Program-made: the position numbers and the translations under genes | Assembly (NCBI GenBank): GCA_964536865.1 | Contig: CAZHYN010000006.1 | Span: 30,001-62,000, forward strand | Direction of reading: 5' to 3' | DNA from: an uncultured Planctomycetia bacterium | GTDB taxonomy: Bacteria; Omnitrophota; Gorgyraeia; Duberdicusellales; 4484-171 | DNA length: 32,000 nt | Part shown: one piece after another, positions 23,300 to 32,000 of the stretch | Layout: every line of letters starts with the position of its first letter | Position numbering within the stretch: the first letter of the stretch is position 1 | Notes under the pieces: generated by a model | Seen by the model: only the letters and a program-made list of their open reading frames with translations | What the model was told of the DNA's origin: nothing | Databases searched by the model: none

Positions 23300-24215
23300 T
23301 GTTGCTCCTCATCAACGTTCAAAAATAAGTATTCATTGGGCTATGCGTCAAGTTATCACCGCTTTAATCCCTGCTATTTTAGCTTCTATTATTCTTTTTA
23401 GAGAGAAAGCATTATTTTTAATTCTTAATTGTTCTCTTAGTTGTCTCTTAACTGAAGAGATAATTCTGAGGATAAGGAGAAAACCTTCGCAAGCTAAAAA
23501 TTGCAGTGCTGTATTAACGGGGATCCTTCTAGCGTTGGTTTTACCTCCTTCTACGAAGTGGTACGCGGCTACCTTAGGGAGTGTATTTGCTATTTTTATA
23601 GGTAAACAAGTATTTGGAGGGTTAGGGCAAAATATTTTTAACCCTGCCCTGATAGGAAGGGCTTTTCTTGTAGCAGCTTATCCTAAGATGATGACTACCT
23701 GGATAAGCCCTTTTACTCTAGATGCAATAACCAAAGCAACACCTTTAGCTTTAAGGAAATTTGACCAAATTCTTACTCCCCTTAAAGACTTATTTATAGG
23801 TACGGTACCAGGGAGCTTAGGAGAGACTTCTGCTTTAGCTTTGATTATAGGAGGTATTTATTTGCTGATAAGGAAGGTCATTGATTGGCGTATACCTTTA
23901 ACTCTTCTTCTTACTACTGTGATAATTTCTTCCATTTTTTACTTTATCGAACCTCTGAATGGTTCTCCTTTATTTCACATCTTTAGTGGCGGTCTTCTTT
24001 TAGGTGCTTTCTTTATGGCTACCGATCCAGTTACAACTCCAGTTACCAAGAAAGGGAGGTATATTTTTGGTGTGGGATGTGGTATACTAATAATGATTAT
24101 TCGTTACTTCAGTGGATTGCCTGAGGGTGTGATGTATTCTATCATTTTTATGAACGCTTTGGTTCCTCTCTTAAATAGATACACTCTCCCTAAGCCCTTT
24201 GGTTATGAAAGATAG
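23283..24215 (+). CDS. rnfD: Rnf complex subunit D
   Basis: 310 aa, polytopic, with the FMN-attachment region GAFFMATDPVT. Confidence 0.9.
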   Translation: MELIVSVAPHQRSKISIHWAMRQVITALIPAILASIILFREKALFLILNCSLSCLLTEEIILRIRRKPSQAKNCSAVLTGILLALVLPPSTKWYAATLGSVFAIFIGKQVFGGLGQNIFNPALIGRAFLVAAYPKMMTTWISPFTLDAITKATPLALRKFDQILTPLKDLFIGTVPGSLGETSALALIIGGIYLLIRKVIDWRIPLTLLLTTVIISSIFYFIEPLNGSPLFHIFSGGLLLGAFFMATDPVTTPVTKKGRYIFGVGCGILIMIIRYFSGLPEGVMYSIIFMNALVPLLNRYTLPKPFGYER

Positions 24216-24777
24216 TTTAAAATATAATCTAAGAGTAATTTTTGTTTTGACTTTTATTTCCTTGATTTGTGGATTTATTTTATCTTTTGTATTTAATTCG
24301 GCAAAAGCAAAGATTAAAGAGAATCAGAAAAAAGATATTTATCGTGCGATATACCAAATCGTAGATGATTGTAAAAACGTGGAGGAGAAAAGTATAAATG
24401 AAGAAACAATCTATTGGCTTTTTAACGATAAGGGCGAGCTAATCGGTTATGCTTACCTTTCTCAAGGTCAAGGTTATCAAGGAAAAATTAAAATTCTTTT
24501 TGCTATTGATAAAAGTATGGAGAGATTGTTAGGGATAGAAATTATAGAGAATGTGGAAACGCCAGGTTTAGGATCAAGAATTAATGAGGAAAGTTTTAAG
24601 AGCCAATTTAAGAATCTGAAGACCAACGTTCCTGTTGAATGTGTGAAATTCTTCCCTCAAAAGAAGAATCAGATTCAAGCTATTACCTCTGCGACTATCT
24701 CTTCCCGAGCAGTGGTCGGTATCCTTAACAAAGGGATACAAAATTTAAAGAGTCTTATTGAAGAAAATGATAGGTAG
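24205..24777 (+). CDS. rnfG: Rnf complex subunit G
   Basis: It has an N-terminal TM anchor and an FMN-binding motif TSATISSRAV. The track start at 24199 is TTG, and ATG 24205 (MKDSLKYN...) is preferred. Confidence 0.85.
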   Translation: MKDSLKYNLRVIFVLTFISLICGFILSFVFNSAKAKIKENQKKDIYRAIYQIVDDCKNVEEKSINEETIYWLFNDKGELIGYAYLSQGQGYQGKIKILFAIDKSMERLLGIEIIENVETPGLGSRINEESFKSQFKNLKTNVPVECVKFFPQKKNQIQAITSATISSRAVVGILNKGIQNLKSLIEENDR

Positions 24778-25354
24778 AATCTTTAAGGAAGGTTTGTGGA
24801 CAAATCACCCTATATTTAGACAGCTTTTGGGTATGTGTCCTACTTTAGCTGTCACTACTACTGTTTTAAATGGAATATCTATGGGATTAGCAGTAATCTT
24901 TGTACTTTTCTTTTCTTCGTTGGTAGTTTCTCTATTAAGAAAGGTGGTGCCTCATCAAGTTAGAATTGCTGTTTATACTATAATTATTGCTACTTTTGTT
25001 ACTATAGTAGATATATTTTTAAAAGCAAATTTTCCCCAGATAAGTAAAGCTTTAGGACCTTATGTACCTCTAATTATCGTCAACTGCATTATCCTGGGAA
25101 GGTGTGAAGCATTCGCTTCTAAAAATAGATTAAGTTTAGCTCTTCTGGATGCTTTGGTGATGGGGGGAGGCTTTTTTTGGGGTTTAGTTACTTTAGCCTC
25201 AGTTAGAGAAATTTTAGGTCAGGGTACTATTCTGGGATATAAGATTTTACCCCCTAGTTTTAATCCCTTAATAGTTATGGTTCTTCCCCCAGGAGCATTT
25301 TTGGTATTAGGTACTCTGGTAGCAATCATGAATAGATTAGAAAGAATAAAATGA
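24767..25354 (+). CDS. rnfE: Rnf complex subunit E
   Basis: It has the NP..RQLLGMCPTLAVTT motif. The track start at 24758 is TTG, and ATG 24767 (MIGRIFKEGLW...) is preferred. Confidence 0.88.
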   Translation: MIGRIFKEGLWTNHPIFRQLLGMCPTLAVTTTVLNGISMGLAVIFVLFFSSLVVSLLRKVVPHQVRIAVYTIIIATFVTIVDIFLKANFPQISKALGPYVPLIIVNCIILGRCEAFASKNRLSLALLDALVMGGGFFWGLVTLASVREILGQGTILGYKILPPSFNPLIVMVLPPGAFLVLGTLVAIMNRLERIK

Positions 25355-25932
25355 AAGAATTAGTTTTAATATTTATTTCTACAGTCCTTATTAACAATTT
25401 TGTCTTGACCTACTTTTTAGGAATCTGTCCATTCTTAGGTGTTTCTGGTAGGCTTTCCTCAGCTATAGGAATGGGATTTAGTGTTATTTTTGTAATGACT
25501 TTTGCTTCTAGTATAGTATGGTTAATATATCATCTTATTCTAGTGAAACTTAATTTAGTATTTTTAGAGTATATAGTCTTTATCCTGGTCATTGCTAGCC
25601 TAGTTCAAATAGTAGAGATGTTTGTAAGGAAGTATTCCCCCTCGCTTTATCAGGCTTTAGGAATTTATTTACCTTTAATTACTACTAATTGTGCTATTTT
25701 AGGATGTGCTCTCTTTATGGTAGCAAGAAATTATAATTTTTTAGAAGCGGTTGTTTATGGATTTTCTGCAGGATTAGGATTTACTGTGGTTCTTTTGGTT
25801 ATGGCAGGGATAAGGGAGGATCTTAACTATTGTGAGGTTCCTAAAGTATTTAGGGGAGCACCTATTACTCTTATTACCGCAGGGCTGCTAGCTTTATGTT
25901 TTATGGGATTTTCAGGGCTTATAAGAGCTTAA
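25351..25932 (+). CDS. rnfA: Rnf complex subunit A
   Basis: 193 aa with the NNFVLTYFLGICPFLGVS motif. It has an ATGA start/stop overlap with rnfE. Confidence 0.9.
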   Translation: MKELVLIFISTVLINNFVLTYFLGICPFLGVSGRLSSAIGMGFSVIFVMTFASSIVWLIYHLILVKLNLVFLEYIVFILVIASLVQIVEMFVRKYSPSLYQALGIYLPLITTNCAILGCALFMVARNYNFLEAVVYGFSAGLGFTVVLLVMAGIREDLNYCEVPKVFRGAPITLITAGLLALCFMGFSGLIRA

Positions 25933-25935
25933 GTT

Positions 25936-26742
25936 ATGAATGAGATAATAATTAAAGGCTTAGCAGTAATGGGAGGATTAGGATTAGCTTTTTCTGTTAC
26001 TTTAGCCTATCTTAGTCATCGCCTGAAAGTAGAAAGCAATCCTTTGGTAGAGAAAGTATTAGACATCCTTCCAGGTATAAATTGTGGAGCATGTGGGTTT
26101 TCCAGCTGTCGAAATTTTGCCGAAGCAATAGTAGCAGAGAGAAAACCTTTTACTTGTATTCCTGGGGGAGAAGATGTAAATAGAAAAGTGAGTCAACTTT
26201 TAGGTATTCAAAGCCAAGAAGTTAAGAGAGTAAAGGCAGTAGTTCATTGTGGAGCAACTAAAGATGAGAAAAAAGTAAGTTCATTCTATGTCGGTCCTAC
26301 CAGTTGTGCTTTTGTTGATATAACATTAGGAGGCTTAGATTGCAAATACGGATGTATTGGTTTAGGAGACTGTGTAAGTGTGTGTCCTGCAGGAGCAATT
26401 AGTATTAAGAGAGGAAAAGTGGTTATAGATATCAAAAAGTGTATTGGCTGTGGCAGGTGTGCTAAGGTATGCCCTCGTAATCTTTTTGAGTTAGTTCCTT
26501 GGCAGGGAGAATCGAAAATTTACTTTGTTGCTTGTAATAACGAGGAAAAAGTAGGCTACGTAAAAACTGTATGTGAGAGAGGTTGTATTGGTTGTGGGAT
26601 ATGTGTTAGGATAAAAGATTCCCCCTTTTATTTACAGAATAATCTTTCTCATATAAATTATCAACAAATTTTCAATCAAGAGATATTAGAAGAAGCAAAA
26701 AATAAATGTCCCACTAAGTGTATTCAGGAGTTAGATGCTTAA
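25936..26742 (+). CDS. rnfB: Rnf complex subunit B (membrane-anchored polyferredoxin)
   Basis: 268 aa with an N-terminal TM helix, the CGACGFSSC motif, and several CxxCxxCxxxCP clusters. Confidence 0.88.
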   Translation: MNEIIIKGLAVMGGLGLAFSVTLAYLSHRLKVESNPLVEKVLDILPGINCGACGFSSCRNFAEAIVAERKPFTCIPGGEDVNRKVSQLLGIQSQEVKRVKAVVHCGATKDEKKVSSFYVGPTSCAFVDITLGGLDCKYGCIGLGDCVSVCPAGAISIKRGKVVIDIKKCIGCGRCAKVCPRNLFELVPWQGESKIYFVACNNEEKVGYVKTVCERGCIGCGICVRIKDSPFYLQNNLSHINYQQIFNQEILEEAKNKCPTKCIQELDA

Positions 26743-27133
26743 CCGAGAAGTAGCTCAAATAGTAAAGATAGATACCAATAAGATTAAAATAAGATTTACA
26801 AAAAAATCTATGTGTAGTCATTGTCGTTTGAATTTCCTTTCTTCTTGCGGAGAAAATACTCTGATTTTATCTTGTCCTGATAAGCTCTTCTTAAGGGTAG
26901 GAGATAAGATAGAAGTAGGAGTGGAGGAGGAAAAGTTTTTGTTTGCCAGCTTAGTTTTGTTTTTTCTCCCTACTTTAGTTTTTATCTTCTCTCTGATGGT
27001 ACTTAGGTATCAACACGCAGTAATATCTTTTCTGGGAAGCCTGTTTTTTCTAGGACTATACTATGTTGTATTAAAGTTAATTCTAAAAAAATTAAAGCTT
27101 AATCTAAGTGTTAAGATTCTAAGGAAACTATGA
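26735..27133 (+). CDS. RseC/MucC-family (SoxR-reducing-system) small membrane protein
   Basis: 132 aa with an N-terminal Cys motif (CSHC....SSCG) and two C-terminal TM helices. It is translationally coupled to rnfB and purN. Confidence 0.6.
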   Translation: MLNREVAQIVKIDTNKIKIRFTKKSMCSHCRLNFLSSCGENTLILSCPDKLFLRVGDKIEVGVEEEKFLFASLVLFFLPTLVFIFSLMVLRYQHAVISFLGSLFFLGLYYVVLKLILKKLKLNLSVKILRKL

Positions 27134-27735
27134 TGAATATAGCTATTTTAGCCTCAGGAAGGGGAAGTAATTTCCAAGCAATAGTTAGAGCAGTAAAAAG
27201 AAAAAAACTTAAAGGAGCAAAAGTTAAACTTCTTATAACTGATAAGGAAGATGCTTACGTAAGAATAAGAGCCAAAAGGTTAGGTGTGAAAGATATCTTT
27301 GTGGATCCTAAGAAGTTTAAAACACGCCAGGATTTTGACAGAGAAATAGTAAAGATTCTAAATAAAGAAAGAATCGAATTGGTAGTTTTAGCAGGGTTTA
27401 TGAGGATTTTAACACCTTCCTTTGTAAGGAAATTTAAAAATAGAGTATTGAATATCCACCCCGCATTACTCCCTGCTTTTAAGGGCACAGATGCTATACA
27501 GCGTGCTTACAATTACGGTGTAAAGGTTACAGGAGTTACTATTCACTTTGTTGATGAGAAAGTCGATCACGGTCCAATAGTTATGCAGAAAGCTCTAGAG
27601 ATAAAAGAAGGAGAGAGTTTAGAGGAGTTGGAGGAGAGAATCCATCGTTTGGAGCATAAGATGTATCCAGAGGTTATTTCTCTTTTTATTAAGGGCAAGC
27701 TAAAAATAAGGGGTAGGCATGTTAAGATTATTTAA
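27130..27735 (+). CDS. purN: Phosphoribosylglycinamide formyltransferase
   Basis: 201 aa with ILASGRGSNFQAI, NIHPALLPAFKG and HFVDEKVDHGPI motifs. Confidence 0.9.
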   Translation: MMNIAILASGRGSNFQAIVRAVKRKKLKGAKVKLLITDKEDAYVRIRAKRLGVKDIFVDPKKFKTRQDFDREIVKILNKERIELVVLAGFMRILTPSFVRKFKNRVLNIHPALLPAFKGTDAIQRAYNYGVKVTGVTIHFVDEKVDHGPIVMQKALEIKEGESLEELEERIHRLEHKMYPEVISLFIKGKLKIRGRHVKII

Positions 27736-28144
27736 TTTACTTTTAGTGTCAAATTTAATTTTTGGATGTGCCTTTTCCAAAGCAATAGTTAAGGCGAAGT
27801 TAAGTAGAAATGAGGTTCGTACAGGAGAAAGTTTCACCTATGTAGTAAAAATCGAAGGAGATTTTTCTTCTCCTCGTTTAGAATTGCCAGATTTCGGTGA
27901 ACTAAAAATAGTTTCTCAAAGTCAAACGAGAAATTACCTATTTAAGGGGGGAAAGATAATTTTGAGGATTAAGTTAACTTATCAGCTCCTTGCACCTCGT
28001 CCAGGAAGGTATACTATAAAAGGTGTGAAAGTGATAGATAAGGGAAAAGTTTATGAATCGAGGGAGTTAGTTGTAAAGGCGGTAGGTAAACCTCTTAAGA
28101 AGAGGAAATTTAAAGATTTTATAGAGGGAGCAGTTAGTATTTAA
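27719..28144 (+). CDS. Small lipoprotein, BatD-like N-terminal fold (tentative)
   Basis: 141 aa with a lipobox-like LIFGC at aa 13-17. The beta-rich body resembles the BatD/oxygen-tolerance N-terminal domain, but only loosely. Confidence 0.45.
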   Translation: MLRLFNLLLVSNLIFGCAFSKAIVKAKLSRNEVRTGESFTYVVKIEGDFSSPRLELPDFGELKIVSQSQTRNYLFKGGKIILRIKLTYQLLAPRPGRYTIKGVKVIDKGKVYESRELVVKAVGKPLKKRKFKDFIEGAVSI

Positions 28145-28157
28145 GCTGGGAGGAGGT

Positions 28158-29429
28158 ATGGCTAAGATAAAAAGAGTATATGCAAGAGAAATTTTAGACT
28201 CTCGGGGCAACCCTACTGTTGAAGTAGAGGTAGTTTTGGATGATGGGAGTTTAGGAGTAGCAGCAGTACCCAGTGGAGCTTCCAAAGGAGAGCGAGAAGC
28301 TTTGGAGTTGAGAGATAATGAGAAGAAGAGATATTTAGGAAAGGGAGTTAAGAAGGCAGTAGATAATGTGAATCAAATAATTGCTAAAAAGCTAAAAAGA
28401 GAGGAAGCAGACTTTGTTAGGATAGATAAAATTCTTATTGATTTAGATGGGACGAAAAATAAGTCTCATCTGGGAGCAAATGCCATTTTGGGGGTTTCCT
28501 TAGCAGTAGCTAAAGCTTCTGCTGCATCAAAGAGAAAATCTTTATATGAGTTTTTGAATAGAAAAGCGAATTTGTTACCCGTACCTTTTATGAATATTTT
28601 AAATGGAGGAGTTCATGCTGATAATAATTTAGATATTCAAGAGTTTATGATTGTTCCTTTAGGATTTTCTACATTCAGAAGGGCTTTACAGGCAGGTTCT
28701 GAGGTTTTTCATACTTTGAAAAAAATTTTGAAGGCAAAAGGACTTTCAGTAAGTGTAGGAGATGAAGGTGGGTTTGCTCCCAACTTAAAGCATAACGAAG
28801 AAGCATTAAAATTAATCCTCTTAGCGATAGAGAAGGCAGGGTATAGACCTTTAAAAGAAGTAGCATTAGCTTTAGATGTTGCTAGTAGTTCCTTTTTTAA
28901 AGGGGACAGATATTTTTTTGAAGAGAAGTTTAGAGACTCTGATTATTTAATTGATTTTTATTCCCGCTTGGTAAAAAAATACCCTATAGTTAGCATAGAA
29001 GATGGTCAAGCGGAGAATGACTGGGAAGGTTGGAAAAAACTTACTGCCCGGTTGGGAGGAAAAATACAGATAGTAGGAGATGATATCTTTGTTACCAATA
29101 AAGAATTCTTATTGCGGGGGATAAAAGAAAAAGTAGCAAATTCTATTCTTGTAAAAGTAAATCAGATAGGTACACTTTCTGAAACTTTGGAAACAACAAA
29201 ATTAGCGTTAGTTAACAATTACACAGCGATAATTTCTCACCGCTCAGGAGAAACTGAGGATACAACTATAGCCCACCTGGCAGTAGCTACGGGTTGTGGG
29301 CAAATTAAGACAGGGAGTGTGTCTCGAACCGATAGAGTAGCAAAATATAATGAACTCTTAAGAATTGAAGAGAAGTTGGGCAAAAAGGGAATATATGCGG
29401 GTAAAATTATTCAACGTAGATTCGTTTAA
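28158..29429 (+). CDS. eno: Enolase
   Basis: 423 aa with [32 protein letters not shown] and [10 protein letters not shown] motifs. AGGAGG lies 2 nt upstream of the ATG. Confidence 0.95.
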   Translation: MAKIKRVYAREILDSRGNPTVEVEVVLDDGSLGVAAVPSGASKGEREALELRDNEKKRYLGKGVKKAVDNVNQIIAKKLKREEADFVRIDKILIDLDGTKNKSHLGANAILGVSLAVAKASAASKRKSLYEFLNRKANLLPVPFMNILNGGVHADNNLDIQEFMIVPLGFSTFRRALQAGSEVFHTLKKILKAKGLSVSVGDEGGFAPNLKHNEEALKLILLAIEKAGYRPLKEVALALDVASSSFFKGDRYFFEEKFRDSDYLIDFYSRLVKKYPIVSIEDGQAENDWEGWKKLTARLGGKIQIVGDDIFVTNKEFLLRGIKEKVANSILVKVNQIGTLSETLETTKLALVNNYTAIISHRSGETEDTTIAHLAVATGCGQIKTGSVSRTDRVAKYNELLRIEEKLGKKGIYAGKIIQRRFV

Positions 29430-29691
29430 ACTCTGGAGACTCATTATTGGTTTTATCATTCTCTTAATAGGAGTTGGGATTGTATATTTACCTTCCTATT
29501 TGCGTCTTAGGAGATTAAGAAAAGAGAATCAAAGGGTTATAGAAAAGATTGCTCATTTAAAGAAGGAGATAAAGACCTTAGAGACCGATGTAGAGAAACT
29601 TCAAAGTGAGTCATCTCTTTGGGAGAAGTTAGTACGGGAAAAATTAGGGGTAGCGAAAAAAGACGAAATAGTTATTGACATTAAGGATTAG
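29395..29691 (+). CDS. ftsB: Septum formation initiator (FtsB/DivIC family)
   Basis: It has one TM helix ([20 protein letters not shown]) followed by a coiled coil ([31 protein letters not shown]). The track start at 29365 is TTG. I prefer ATG 29395, which still overlaps the eno tail by 35 nt. Confidence 0.7.
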   Translation: MRVKLFNVDSFKLWRLIIGFIILLIGVGIVYLPSYLRLRRLRKENQRVIEKIAHLKKEIKTLETDVEKLQSESSLWEKLVREKLGVAKKDEIVIDIKD

Positions 29692-29732
29692 ATTGGTAAA
29701 ATTAAATCCGCATTTGTAATCATTTAAATTTT

Positions 29733-29809
<77 letters not shown>

Positions 29810-29874
29810 TTTCTATTAATCTTAATCTATGTTATGTAATCTTTATCTCGCTTACTATGCAAAAGCAATTTTGG

Positions 29875-29938
29875 ATGCAATAAATAAAAGACTCCGCCTC
29901 TGGCGGAGATTGCATACAAATCGGCCCCCCGCAACCAT
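29875..29938 (+). repeat. tRNA-tail unit C: nested stem-loop + exact copy of tRNA-fMet positions 56-76 plus 1 nt of flank
   Basis: The outer stem is ATGCAAT/ATTGCAT. It is followed by the 10-nt bulge AAATAAAAGA, the hairpin CTCCGCC-TCT-GGCGGAG, an A, and then CAAATCGGCCCCCCGCAACCAT (29917-29938), which equals 29789-29810 at an offset of +128. Confidence 0.85.
29882..29908 (-). terminator. Intrinsic-terminator-like hairpin + U-tract on the minus strand (the inner hairpin of unit C)
   Basis: The minus strand reads CTCCGCC-AGA-GGCGGAG followed by TCTTTTATTT. No annotated minus-strand gene reads into it. Confidence 0.4.
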
Positions 29939-30012
29939 CTAAATTTCTACCCGAGCTTTAAGAGATACTACTTTTATATTATAGGCGAGCGTAATTTTGA
30001 TGTGATAAATAT

Positions 30013-30049
30013 GTGAACGTTTCAACTTAGGGAAGGTTGCACACAAATC
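30013..30049 (+). repeat. Degenerate third unit (D) of the fMet array
   Basis: GTGAAC...GTTGCAC forms an outer stem with one bulge, followed by A and CAAATC (30044-30049), exactly +127 from unit C. The rest of the tRNA tail is lost and the interior is shortened. Confidence 0.4.
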
Positions 30050-30167
30050 ACTTATCTATAACTCCTCCTTAATATTTTTTTTATCTTGTTGATATTTTTT
30101 AGTTAAGTTAAAGAGAGAGTAAAAAAATATTGCTTTTAATAAAGGATTTTGTTAAAATTTAAACTAA

Positions 30168-32000
30168 ATGAGAATTTTTTGCTTTTTTTTAATTCTTTTG
30201 CTTTTATTTGTACCCTTAGGGGCAAAAGCTTCTTTAGGAAGTAAATACTGTGTAGAATTAGGAAGGAATTATTTAAAGAAAGGAGATATATATCAAGCAG
30301 AGATAGAATTTAGAAAAGCCCTTCTTATAAATCCTTCTGAAGAAGAAGCAAAGAAATTTTTAGAAGAGATAAGAAGAGAAAAGATTAAAAAAACTCTGGA
30401 TTTTTACTCTAAAGGCAAAGTTTCCCCAAAAGTGGTTTCTCCTCCGCCAAAAGAGAGTTTTTCCCCTGAGCCTTCTCCTCCTAAGAAAGAGACTAAAAGT
30501 GAATGGAAATTAGAGGGAGTATATCAGACAGGATTTGGAATAACTAATGATAGCTTCATCTGGAAAAGGGCTAACTGGGATTTGAACGAGGAAGATTGGC
30601 GAATTATCTCGAGTAAAGCTTACGATAATAGAGCAAATACTTTCGACCCAGCGATATTTACTCAAGTTAGGTTTCAATTAGATTCTCCTTCTCTAGAGGG
30701 GTGGAAATTCCATACTAATATTGATGTTAGTCCTTGGAGTTTTGTGGGTAAAAGCAACAAAGTTACTATAGAAGGAATTGATACTGGGACAGGTTTAGTT
30801 AGCGATAGAGTAGAGATTCAGTTAAAATACTGGGCAAATACAGGTTATACCGTAAATGAAACTTACTATACTCTAGAAGATGGAGCGCCTCTAGGATTAC
30901 CGGAAATAAAAGTTGTGAGAGGGAGAACTCTTCCTATGGAGATTTCTGGTATAGATTGGGGAGGCGATGGCATTCCTGACTATACTTATAATCTTCCTGA
31001 GTTAGATATTCACCGAAGATTCTGGCCGTTAAGGGAGCTTTGGTTTGATTACAATTCGTATAATTTCAATTTTCGTCTCTTCCCTGTAGCTTTACAAAAC
31101 CAGGCTTATACCTCTGACGATATATTAGGACTCTCCAATCATATTATTTGGTGGGAGGAATCTCCTTGGTTAGATATTTGGCAACCTGGACATGTAGATA
31201 CAGGGACAGAACCTTTGGATTTCTTTAAAGGTTACTGGGATGATTCTTTAACTTGGCTTGCTAGAGATTCGCAAGGAGTTCGTCTTACCAATTTAAGAGG
31301 TTTTTCTTTCTCTTGGAACCAAGATAGTACCAGCTGGGATTTTACTTTCGCTTCTCCCAAAACATTATGGCAGGATTATGATGAGTTTAATACCTATGTA
31401 AGTGCTTTGAGAGGTAAGTATTTTCTCAATGATAACTTTTGGATAGGAGGAATTTATACTTGTAAATTAGGTTATAATAAGGGTAGTCGAGATGCTACTA
31501 ACCAGGCTGTAGGAGTAGACCTTACTTATGGAGTTTCCAGTAATACCAAGGTGAGTTTAGAACTAGCTACTTCAAAATCTGTAAAAGACAAAATCTCTTC
31601 TTACAAGAGTGACTATCGAGGTAATGCGGTAAAGTTTAGCATCATTAGTTCGTCTGAAAGTGATATTTTTGATACTGACTATTTTGGGATAAATCCCCCT
31701 AAAGATTCTGAAGCTCCCTTCTATAAGTTAAGGATAGAACTTACCCATATGGACGAGGGATTTGAGGCAGGTTTGTCCAGTTTCAGAGAAACCAGGGATG
31801 ATATGTTCTGGTCACGACACCTCCATTTTAGAGAACCATTCAGATATTACTATGCTGGGTTATACGAACCTACATTAACTTGGGATGACATAAGACCTTT
31901 CAGGATAGGAGATGGTATTGATTACGGAAGGGATGTGATAGGTTTAAGGATAGAAGGAGTTAACTTTCTAAAAGGAAAATGCGATTGGTTGTTTGATATA
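30168..32000 (+). CDS. Large secreted protein, N-terminal 611 aa (3' end outside window): signal peptide + TPR-like repeat + Pro-rich linker + aromatic/beta-rich domain
   Basis: I translated codon by codon from ATG 30168 to nt 32000 and found no stop. The N-terminus is MRIFCFFLILLLLFVPLGAKA. It is followed by ELGRNYLKKGDIYQAEIEFRKALLINPSEEEA (TPR-like) and PPPKESFSPEPSPPKKE, then a W/Y/F-rich region. It is absent from the ORF track because it is open-ended. Confidence 0.7.
   Translation, partial: MRIFCFFLILLLLFVPLGAKASLGSKYCVELGRNYLKKGDIYQAEIEFRKALLINPSEEEAKKFLEEIRREKIKKTLDFYSKGKVSPKVVSPPPKESFSPEPSPPKKETKSEWKLEGVYQTGFGITNDSFIWKRANWDLNEEDWRIISSKAYDNRANTFDPAIFTQVRFQLDSPSLEGWKFHTNIDVSPWSFVGKSNKVTIEGIDTGTGLVSDRVEIQLKYWANTGYTVNETYYTLEDGAPLGLPEIKVVRGRTLPMEISGIDWGGDGIPDYTYNLPELDIHRRFWPLRELWFDYNSYNFNFRLFPVALQNQAYTSDDILGLSNHIIWWEESPWLDIWQPGHVDTGTEPLDFFKGYWDDSLTWLARDSQGVRLTNLRGFSFSWNQDSTSWDFTFASPKTLWQDYDEFNTYVSALRGKYFLNDNFWIGGIYTCKLGYNKGSRDATNQAVGVDLTYGVSSNTKVSLELATSKSVKDKISSYKSDYRGNAVKFSIISSSESDIFDTDYFGINPPKDSEAPFYKLRIELTHMDEGFEAGLSSFRETRDDMFWSRHLHFREPFRYYYAGLYEPTLTWDDIRPFRIGDGIDYGRDVIGLRIEGVNFLKGKCDWLFDI

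Noticed and set aside
14959-28866. The remaining short antisense ORFs: 14959-15147, 16531-16749, 18822-19031, 20141-20407, 22042-22236, 23011-23253, 27255-27488, 28067-28285 and 28675-28866.
   Set aside because: All are nested opposite confidently assigned genes (SPL-family rSAM, GT2, B12-rSAM, hemW, rnfC, purN, lipoprotein/eno, eno). There is no independent support for any of them.
29365-29394. The TTG start at 29365 for ftsB, as given in the ORF track.
   Set aside because: It would overlap eno by 65 nt. ATG 29395 is preceded by AAAAAGGGA and gives a normal short cytoplasmic tail before the TM helix. The upstream extension is therefore probably not translated.

Overview
This is a visibly AT-rich, tightly packed chromosomal segment. 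It comes from a diderm bacterium (Kdo/heptose LPS genes, an Omp85-type barrel) that is probably anaerobic (Rnf complex, five radical-SAM enzymes). The lineage cannot be assigned from the sequence alone.

Plus-strand block 1 (1-10570) holds the tail of the dcw cluster: murC 3' end, murB, ddl, ftsQ and a divergent ftsA, with no ftsZ after it. It continues with a heptose-7-P kinase, a complete Kdo operon (kdsB-kdsA-kdsD-kdsC), a small secreted protein, and a PAS-PAS-GGDEF(degenerate)-HD-GYP signalling protein.

The minus-strand block (19372 down to 11399) holds a B12-binding radical SAM, a COG1533-type radical SAM, a GT2 glycosyltransferase and an SPL-family radical SAM. These are followed by a 1012-aa exported fusion (C45 Ntn-hydrolase + alpha/beta-hydrolase + Omp85 barrel) and dgkA.

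Plus-strand block 2 (19401-32000) holds hemW, tRNA-Thr, an MFS transporter, rnfCDGEAB plus an rseC-like gene, purN, a lipoprotein, eno, ftsB, tRNA-fMet, and the 5' 1.8 kb of a large secreted protein that runs off the window.

I saw no CRISPR array and no cas, integrase, transposase or phage genes.

The most unusual signal lies outside the ORFs. All three tRNA genes are flanked by partial tRNA copies. At tRNA-Phe and tRNA-fMet the copies sit in a ~127-nt register. Each exact copy of the tRNA's C56-to-3'-end segment is preceded by a nested stem-loop whose geometry is conserved while its sequence is not. tRNA-Phe is also preceded by an exact orphan 5' half, cut in the anticodon and fused to a perfect 48-nt three-way junction.

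Secondary leads are the C45/hydrolase/Omp85 fusion and the radical-SAM/GT2 cluster upstream of it.
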